Shown here one piece after another: positions 58,165 to 64,000 of a stretch of DNA of 64,000 nucleotides (positions within the stretch are counted from its first letter, which is position 1; each line of letters starts with the position of its first letter). Position numbers and translations under genes: made by a program. Origin of the DNA: Candidatus Daviesbacteria bacterium (GTDB lineage Bacteria > Patescibacteriota > Microgenomatia > Daviesbacterales > UBA10151); assembly GCA_016186955.1 (NCBI GenBank), contig JACPKP010000007.1:1962-65961 (forward strand). The letters run 5' to 3'. Under the pieces are notes generated by a model. That model was not told where the DNA came from. It made no database searches and saw only the letters and a list, made by a program, of their open reading frames with translations.

Positions 58165-61160
58165 TACCCTGTTTCTAAGACCCCCTTGTTGGTAGTTAAA
58201 AAGATTAAGAGTAAACCATCTTTTTCTAAGACCTGTTTTTTATTATCATCAGATTTGATCTCCAGTTTGGTCCGGTTGGTTTTGGGGTCAAAATTGGCTG
58301 TCAGTTTGCCGTCACCGCTTAAAATTATTTTTTGGTCTAAGTTATCTTTGGCTTCCAGGTAGGTTTTATCAAAAGTAATTGGCGGTGATAAATTGTAGGA
58401 TAAACTTTTTAATTCCAGCCAGTCTTTTTTGTTTTGATTTTTTGGTTCAACTGCCAGTTGGGTTTGGTTGCCTGCCTCATCTGTTAAGTTTACCAGCCCG
58501 TTACCTGAATCTGAAACATCAACTGCGGATAGATTATCCGTGCCTAAAATATTGATATTCTGAAGCTGCGGGTTATAGATGATTTTTGCTTCCGGGGGAG
58601 TTTTATCAATTTTAATCCCTGTTTCCTGAGGAAACTCCCCGTTACCGGCATTATCAACAGACCTGAATTTTAATTTACTTAAACCTTCAACAGAGACAGT
58701 AAAAGGCCGGGTATAAGTTTGGACACTCTGGCCATTATCCAATGAGTACTCTGTTTTTAAAACACCGGAGTTGTCGTCTGTTGCGGTAAGTTCAACAGCC
58801 ACATCCGACCTGTACCAGCTGTTGCTGCCTGAGGCGCCGGTTAGTTTAACTGTGGTAATGGGGGGTGTCAGATCCGAGGTTTGGCTGCCGGTTAAAATAC
58901 TGGTTGGGGAAACTTGCAGGTCTTTTGTGCCGTCACCATCCCGGTCAATTTGTAGAATCGGCGGGTCGGCAGATCCGGTCTCAAAAACAGTTTCCGCTTT
59001 GGTATTTGGTGTTAAAGGGATATCTTGATAAAGGGTAGTTTGGGTGTTGATATCTTCGTTGTAGTCCCTGATTTTAAAATCAAAACTGCCCTGGCCAGTG
59101 GCTTCAAATTTAACGGTATAAATTCCATCATCAGGCAGAAAGATAAATTTGGCGTCACCTAAGCTGTCATAGGAACTGCCCGGGATATTTGCCTCAAACC
59201 CGCCATCAGGCAAAGGCCCGGTATGATTTCCCAAAAAGTCATAAAGATGGATGTTGACAGGCGAGTGGACGGAAAATAATTCCCCTTTTAATTTAAAAGC
59301 CTCTGCAGATACCCCTGAGGGTAAAGCAGGGTCGTCTTTTAAAATATTTTTAACTAAATTTAGCGCAGGACCGTTGCCCGGCAGGCTGGCATGGTTTTGT
59401 TTGGTGAAATAAACCCCGCCGGGTTTTTTTAAAGAAGCGCTCAAAAGCGGGACAGTATCATCGCCGTTGATTTTCAGCCCGTCGGTTTGGGGGATTTTTA
59501 TCCCGGCAAAGTCTATTTTATATTTTTCAATGATCTGGCCTAAAGTGTCTATGCCGGAGCCGGCAATAACAGATACCTGGACCCCGTTGGTGTTGTCCAG
59601 GCTATTGTCTAAGTTGTGGAAAGATTCTGCAGGGGTAAAAAGTTGGGTGTTGTGGCCAAGGTTGGTTAGAAGCTCTTTGGTCTGGGTATAGTTTAAACCA
59701 CCGGTGACGTTGTTGTTGTCGATATCCCGCAAATCCTTAAAAGGGACAGGGTGCTGGTTGTCAGACCCTGAATAAAAGTCATAATATTTTTGTGTAGGAG
59801 CAAGTTCAAATGCCCCAGTCAGGTTTTGAAAAACATCTTTTAGTTCTGAAGGAGAAATTCCTATACAAAGAGGACTCGTGTCTTTTGTACTCAAACAATC
59901 CCCGTACAACAATCCTTTTAAAATCTTTACTGATCCTAAATTTGGCGGCGCTAGGGTGATTAATTTCCTGACATTGCCTGCTTTGGTTGGGTCTGCAATA
60001 TAATTTCTGGCAACCAAACCGCCCATGGAGTGGGTGACAATGTCTACTTTATCAGCGCCTGTTTGGGTTTTTATGGCGTTTATTTTTTGGTCAAGCAGGT
60101 CTTTGGTTTGGGATAGATCTTTTCTCCAGTCATAAGGGAAGATAAACAGGTCCTGGTTTAGGATGTAGCCGTTTTGGGTGAAAAAATCTAAAGTCTGCTG
60201 GTAAGCACCAGGAAACAGATTACCGGTTAGTTCTAGATCGGCCTCCGGGGTTATCCCGTCAGCTTTTAACTTTAAAATATCAAAATAATCATCATCCCCG
60301 GGCTTGATTGCTTCCCCCTCATTGACCCAGACTTTTTCTCCTGCAGAGTAGTTATTGGTAAAAGTACCTCCATGGCCATTGGGTTTTGACCAGCTGACAG
60401 CATCTTTAGTTTTCAGCTCCGAACCCCCTATGCCCGGGATAAAAATTAAGGGGGTTTTGGTAGGCGGAGGGGGAGCGCTCAACAGGGAGGTAATTTTAAC
60501 ATTGTCAAACTTTACATAAATTTTTCCCAAGTCGCCGGTCCAGGACTGCAGCCCGATCCCGCCCTTTTTTAGATTCGTCCCGGCATCGGTATAGTTTATA
60601 ACTAAGTTATTATTGATCCAAAGCTTAATATTTTCACCTATAACCTCAATTTTGATGTGGTACCAGACGTTGTTTAAAAGCTGTTGGGAGCGGGTGGACT
60701 TGACCAGGGCGCCATGGCCATTTTCAGACTTCCAAAATTTTACCTCAGGGGTGTTATATGCACCAGTCCCGTGCCTTAAATTAAATGCATAAGCATTTCC
60801 TCCTGCCCTTCTGAACTCTATCCCCTCATCTACCCCGGAATAATTATTTACATCAATCTCAATCCGGTAATTATCCCACTCGCTGCTGCCTGTATTGATC
60901 TCACTGAAAATATTGGTTTTACCTGAAACATTAGATATTAAATTCCCGCCATTGACAGACCAAACCCCTGCAGCAACAGTCCAGCCGTTAAAATTTCCGT
61001 CATTGAAATTATCAGAAAAAAGCAGCGGGCCATCGGTTGTATCAGCAAAAACAAGGTTGGGAGGGACAAGTAAAAAAGAAAAGAGGATTAAAAAAATAAC
61101 TTTAAAAATTTTTGCTGCCATAAAGCCGGGCAGCTTTGAGTTCCGGGCAAAATATACCAT
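58161..61160 (-). CDS. large secreted LamG/concanavalin-like domain protein fused to alpha/beta-hydrolase lipase (GHSMGG) and Ig-like domains
   Basis: Signal/TM. An N-terminal lectin-like region, then DIVTHSMGGLVARNY (a GxSxG nucleophile elbow of PGAP1/LCAT-like lipases), then repeated Ig-like C-terminal modules. Confidence 0.6.
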   Translation of the reverse strand: MVYFARNSKLPGFMAAKIFKVIFLILFSFLLVPPNLVFADTTDGPLLFSDNFNDGNFNGWTVAAGVWSVNGGNLISNVSGKTNIFSEINTGSSEWDNYRIEIDVNNYSGVDEGIEFRRAGGNAYAFNLRHGTGAYNTPEVKFWKSENGHGALVKSTRSQQLLNNVWYHIKIEVIGENIKLWINNNLVINYTDAGTNLKKGGIGLQSWTGDLGKIYVKFDNVKITSLLSAPPPPTKTPLIFIPGIGGSELKTKDAVSWSKPNGHGGTFTNNYSAGEKVWVNEGEAIKPGDDDYFDILKLKADGITPEADLELTGNLFPGAYQQTLDFFTQNGYILNQDLFIFPYDWRKDLSQTKDLLDQKINAIKTQTGADKVDIVTHSMGGLVARNYIADPTKAGNVRKLITLAPPNLGSVKILKGLLYGDCLSTKDTSPLCIGISPSELKDVFQNLTGAFELAPTQKYYDFYSGSDNQHPVPFKDLRDIDNNNVTGGLNYTQTKELLTNLGHNTQLFTPAESFHNLDNSLDNTNGVQVSVIAGSGIDTLGQIIEKYKIDFAGIKIPQTDGLKINGDDTVPLLSASLKKPGGVYFTKQNHASLPGNGPALNLVKNILKDDPALPSGVSAEAFKLKGELFSVHSPVNIHLYDFLGNHTGPLPDGGFEANIPGSSYDSLGDAKFIFLPDDGIYTVKFEATGQGSFDFKIRDYNEDINTQTTLYQDIPLTPNTKAETVFETGSADPPILQIDRDGDGTKDLQVSPTSILTGSQTSDLTPPITTVKLTGASGSNSWYRSDVAVELTATDDNSGVLKTEYSLDNGQSVQTYTRPFTVSVEGLSKLKFRSVDNAGNGEFPQETGIKIDKTPPEAKIIYNPQLQNINILGTDNLSAVDVSDSGNGLVNLTDEAGNQTQLAVEPKNQNKKDWLELKSLSYNLSPPITFDKTYLEAKDNLDQKIILSGDGKLTANFDPKTNRTKLEIKSDDNKKQVLEKDGLLLIFLTTNKGVLETGY

Positions 61161-61182
61161 AACAATGTTATAATTTCAAGCA

Positions 61183-61253
61183 CGGGGAGTAGTATAGTGG
61201 TAACACGCCGCGCTGGGGGTGCGGCATCGGGAGTTCGATTCTCCCCTCCCCGA
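61183..61253 (+). tRNA. tRNA-Pro (anticodon GGG)
   Basis: Hand-folded. Acceptor CGGGGAG/CTCCCCG with C1-G72 and A73 (the bacterial tRNA-Pro identity). D-loop AGTGGTA with G18G19. Anticodon stem CCGCG/UGCGG, loop CUGGGGG. T-arm GGGAG-TTCGATT-CTCCC. No encoded CCA. Confidence 0.7.
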
Positions 61254-61335
61254 CCTTTCGACTCGCTTCGCTCGCTCAAGGTCTTCGACCAGCAAAATTT
61301 AGTAGAGTCGAAAGGCCCTGAGCTTGTCGAAGGGC
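61254..61335. repeat. long imperfect palindrome downstream of tRNA-Pro (CCTTTCGACTC...GAGTCGAAAGG; GTCTTCGAC...GTCGAAG)
   Basis: Also shares the 25-nt motif TTCGACTCGCTWCGCTCGCTCARG with 39391-39415. Confidence 0.5.
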
Positions 61336-61340
61336 TAAAT

Positions 61341-61595
61341 ATGTTCAAAGTATATATTTTGAGAGGTCCATTGAATCATCTTTACATAGGATATACTCAT
61401 GATCTAGACAATCGAATAAAGAGACATCAGTTGGGAGTTGGAGCTGAATTTACCAAACGCAATAAAACACTTGAGGTTGTATATACTGAAACATTTAATA
61501 CTTTGCTAGAAGCTCGTAGACGAGAATCACAAATTAAAGGTTGGAGAAGAGAAAAGAAAGAGAATTTAATCAAGTTTGGCAAACCAGTTTTATAA
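61341..61595 (+). CDS. GIY-YIG nuclease family protein (UPF0213/YhbQ-like)
   Basis: VYILRGPLNHLYIGYTHDLDNRIKRHQ...E...IKGWRREKK matches GIY-YIG motifs. Confidence 0.75.
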   Translation: MFKVYILRGPLNHLYIGYTHDLDNRIKRHQLGVGAEFTKRNKTLEVVYTETFNTLLEARRRESQIKGWRREKKENLIKFGKPVL

Positions 61596-61925
61596 TTATT
61601 AAACTGGATAAAGTAATCCTTTGATCTGTTTAGAACATTGGGCCTTCGGCCGAAGCTCTAAAACTGTCGGCTCGAACGGTCAAGAAAAATTCTTCGACTT
61701 CGCTCAGAACATGCGGAACACGCAAATTTTTAATACACCTCTCGCCTTTGGTGAGGCAAAGAACTTTTTTCCTTCTGCTTTCAACTTAAAAGGCGCAACC
61801 GGTGGAGACAATTTATATTAAAATCTATCTTATACTTTGCTTGAATTCCTTCAGTGCTTTAATTTTTACCTTTCAAAATACCTAAATGCTAATTACCCGC
61901 CTTGGTAAAAAACTAATCTTATAAT

Positions 61926-62333
61926 TTACTTACCTTGTTTTTCAGGTTGTTTAGTGTGTTCCTTATGAGCTTGGTTGTGTTCATCTCCCTCGTGGGTATG
62001 TTCAGGCTGGTTAGGATCTTCACCCTTAGCCCATCTTTTTAATACTTCATAATCAACTGCCCCACAAAGGACTACTTTTGAATCTTCGTTATAATACATT
62101 GGGACTCCTTGGCAGCCAGTTTGGAGACTAAACATCTTATTAGCGTTTTCCTCATTACCCCAAACTTCCAATCTTTCAAGTTTTACCCCAAGCTCTTTTT
62201 CTAACCTTTCATCCAGTGGTTTCATCTGATGACAATAACCACATCCCTGTCCATAAAATTTTATAAACGAAGCTTGAAAACTTCGTTTGAAAGATGAGCT
62301 TTCAAACTTGTTTATTAATGCCATATATTTCAC
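61926..62333 (-). CDS. thioredoxin/glutaredoxin-fold protein with His-rich C-terminal tail
   Basis: FYGQGCGYCHQMKP CxxC active site. Confidence 0.5.
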   Translation of the reverse strand: MKYMALINKFESSSFKRSFQASFIKFYGQGCGYCHQMKPLDERLEKELGVKLERLEVWGNEENANKMFSLQTGCQGVPMYYNEDSKVVLCGAVDYEVLKRWAKGEDPNQPEHTHEGDEHNQAHKEHTKQPEKQGK

Positions 62334-62779
62334 CTTCTTTGCTTAAATCTATTTAATGCTTCAATTTGAACTTTCCTAAGGTGAATTTGAGGTCTTTTAG
62401 ATTTGATCTTTTCAATAGCATCATTTATGTCCATCCCTTTGGAGATAAAATAGGCTGCTAAAAGTGTCGGCGACCTGCCGTGTCCGTTTTTACAATGGAC
62501 ATAAACTTTTTTATTGTTTTTTACTAAACTTTCTATAACGGCAACACCGGTATTGAGTTGTTCTTGGGTCGGGGCTTGTTGGTCTTTAACAGGCAACCAG
62601 AGGTAAGTATCGATATTGGCCGTTTGTTCCTGTCTGTCTTCCTCAAGGTCAATATCTGCTTTAATTCCATGATCCAGCAGAATTTTAATGTGGGGGACGG
62701 CACTGCAACAAAGATTAGTCCCGAGATATATTAAATCTGTAATCTGATTAAGCTCTAAAATTTTGTGGTTGTTATTCAT
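62330..62779 (-). CDS. dual-specificity/protein-tyrosine phosphatase
   Basis: VHCKNGHGRSPT is a CX5R P-loop. Confidence 0.7.
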   Translation of the reverse strand: MNNNHKILELNQITDLIYLGTNLCCSAVPHIKILLDHGIKADIDLEEDRQEQTANIDTYLWLPVKDQQAPTQEQLNTGVAVIESLVKNNKKVYVHCKNGHGRSPTLLAAYFISKGMDINDAIEKIKSKRPQIHLRKVQIEALNRFKQRR

Positions 62780-62783
62780 ATTG

Positions 62784-63173
62784 TTAAAGATTGGCTACCT
62801 TTTCTTTTACCAATGTTTTTAAGTCTTCTAAGCTTTTTAGTTGATTAATTTCATTGGTTGAAATAAACTCAGTGAGCAAATTTTCCTCTTTGACAAATGC
62901 TATAGGAAAGGTAATATTTTGCCTGTCGGGATAAAATTTTAAGAATTCATCTTTGTGTAAGAACCCTACTTTAACAGGTAGCAAGTTGATAAATTCTTTC
63001 CAGTCTTTTTTCATACTAGCCCCTGAGTAAGTTAAGCTACATAAATTGCATGGATAAGTTTTAGGTGAGATTGTCTTGTGAATAAAGTCGCCAACTTGAT
63101 TAAATAAAGACGAATCAGCGTTATAGACAAACAAGACAGGCTTGCCACTGCGTGATAAAAGTTTTTTGTTCAT
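62784..63173 (-). CDS. hypothetical CxxC protein
   Basis: YPCNLCSLTY; no further assignment. Confidence 0.3.
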   Translation of the reverse strand: MNKKLLSRSGKPVLFVYNADSSLFNQVGDFIHKTISPKTYPCNLCSLTYSGASMKKDWKEFINLLPVKVGFLHKDEFLKFYPDRQNITFPIAFVKEENLLTEFISTNEINQLKSLEDLKTLVKEKVANL

Positions 63174-63697
63174 TTAAGCTTCCTTTCTCCGGCTTTAATA
63201 GGAATTGGTAAAACGTTTTCTTTTGGAGTTATAGGGCAATCCCAATTGCCATTGTAAGAGCTATATGGATTGTAGGCATAATTAAAATCAACAATTAAAT
63301 TGTCCCCCTTTTTGGGAATTTGTAACATCCTGCCATTTTCATAAGTTTCTTCTCCAGTTGTTTGGTCGCGAAATAAAAGATAATATTGAAACTGTTCCTG
63401 TTCTGGATCCTCGAAAACTATCGCTTCTATTTCTTTTCCCTCAACTGTAAATGTAATTTTTCCAGCTCTTAAATAAATTTGCTCATCTCCGCCAGTGGTT
63501 TTAATATTTACCTCTTTGCTTACATCGGCAATGTTTTTATCTAGTGTTAACTCGAAACTTAAATTTGGGTTAGCGGGAAAGTAATTAAGCCCTTTAAAAT
63601 CCCTCTTTTGTCCTTCGGTTAAAGGAGATTCTTTATCGTTTTTCCAAGCCTCATCCTTTTGTTTTCTAAATTGTAAAAGCTTCTTTTCGTCGTACAT
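63170..63697 (-). CDS. DUF1684-family protein
   Basis: DFNYAYNPYSSYNGNWDCPITPKENVLPIPIKAGE resembles the conserved DUF1684 C-terminal motif. Confidence 0.5.
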   Translation of the reverse strand: MYDEKKLLQFRKQKDEAWKNDKESPLTEGQKRDFKGLNYFPANPNLSFELTLDKNIADVSKEVNIKTTGGDEQIYLRAGKITFTVEGKEIEAIVFEDPEQEQFQYYLLFRDQTTGEETYENGRMLQIPKKGDNLIVDFNYAYNPYSSYNGNWDCPITPKENVLPIPIKAGERKLK

Positions 63698-63708
63698 AAT
63701 TATTTTTG

Positions 63709-64000
63709 TTATCCAATATCAAAAAATGCTCTTTGTAACCATTCAGGTAAAGCCGGATGGATATAAACAGAATTCGTGATTGCCTCTACTTTACCGTTTG
63801 CCTTCATAGCAACAATGGCCTCATGTATTAAAATGGAAGCATTAGGCCCAATAATATGACAACCTAAAATATTATCCTGCTCCGAAACTAATACTTTAGC
63901 TAAACCATTTTGCTGCAGCGCGCCTCCCATACCTGTATCTTTAAGTTCTGCTTTACCAACTTTGTAAGAAATGCCTTCTTTTTTAAGTTCTTGTTCTGTT
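63709..64000 (-). CDS. FAD-dependent pyridine nucleotide-disulfide oxidoreductase, C-terminal dimerisation domain (partial; N-terminus outside window)
   Basis: GCHIIGPNASILIHEAIVAMKANGKVEAI...HPALPE is characteristic of the dimerisation domain of the lipoamide-dehydrogenase/glutathione-reductase family. The reading frame continues to the window edge. Confidence 0.6.
   Translation of the reverse strand, partial: TEQELKKEGISYKVGKAELKDTGMGGALQQNGLAKVLVSEQDNILGCHIIGPNASILIHEAIVAMKANGKVEAITNSVYIHPALPEWLQRAFFDIG

Overview
This 64 kb window is a low-GC bacterial chromosome segment dominated by the conserved translation and transcription core. The gene order is rpoB-rpoC-rpsL-rpsG, then fusA, tuf, the S10-spc-alpha ribosomal-protein cluster, secY-adk-map-infA-rpmJ, and rpsM-rpsK-rpsD-rpoA-rplQ-rplM-rpsI.

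Several features point to a Candidate Phyla Radiation (Patescibacteria-like) organism; this is inference from the sequence only. Ribosomal protein L30 is absent between rpsE and rplO. Ribosomal proteins S12, L3, L4, L23, L22 and S17 carry lysine-rich or low-complexity extensions. Metabolism is sparse (tdk, cmk, adk, tgt, metK, pgm/pmm, a thiolase). There are many large secreted proteins.

The conserved core is interrupted by accessory DNA in unusual places:
- A ~4.4 kb island splits rpsG from fusA. It carries a PI3K/PI4K-like kinase, a degenerate-ATPase protein fused to an OmpR-type winged helix-turn-helix (wHTH), a stand-alone GreA N-terminal domain, and a cassette ORF flanked by direct repeats.
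- A second island sits between fusA and tuf. It carries an NYN/PIN-like nuclease gene bracketed by a synonymous-codon duplicate of the fusA 3' end, a membrane protein, a coiled-coil protein, and a diiron oxygenase plus a MaoC dehydratase.
- Small genes are inserted inside the ribosomal-protein operons, including a stand-alone sigma-70 region-4 protein.

The most striking signal is a set of small repeat families that pervade the ribosomal-protein cluster:
- A GC-rich imperfect palindrome (CCCGYCTGCCGGACGGGCAGG) flanked by GTCAAAA 7-mers is inserted in-frame inside rplD, rplW, rplB and map, and also sits in intergenic DNA. The copies show compensatory stem changes.
- A ~120-nt AT-rich element sits immediately upstream of the rpsZ, rpsH, rpsE and rpsD start codons. 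Each copy ends in AAAATTAAAAATTA directly before the ATG.
- A ~80-nt element with a perfect 9-bp inverted repeat follows rplN and rpsH.

Other features:
- Two hicBA toxin-antitoxin loci.
- A Cas4-like Fe-S nuclease with no CRISPR array.
- A 1613-aa S8 subtilase fused to an FG-GAP beta-propeller.
- A tRNA-Pro(GGG) followed by a palindrome and a GIY-YIG nuclease gene.
- A 19-bp perfect palindrome paired with canonical sigma-70 promoters at two loci.
- A minus-strand cell-surface cluster with lipase and glycosidase-like genes.
- A thioredoxin and dual-specificity phosphatase redox cluster.
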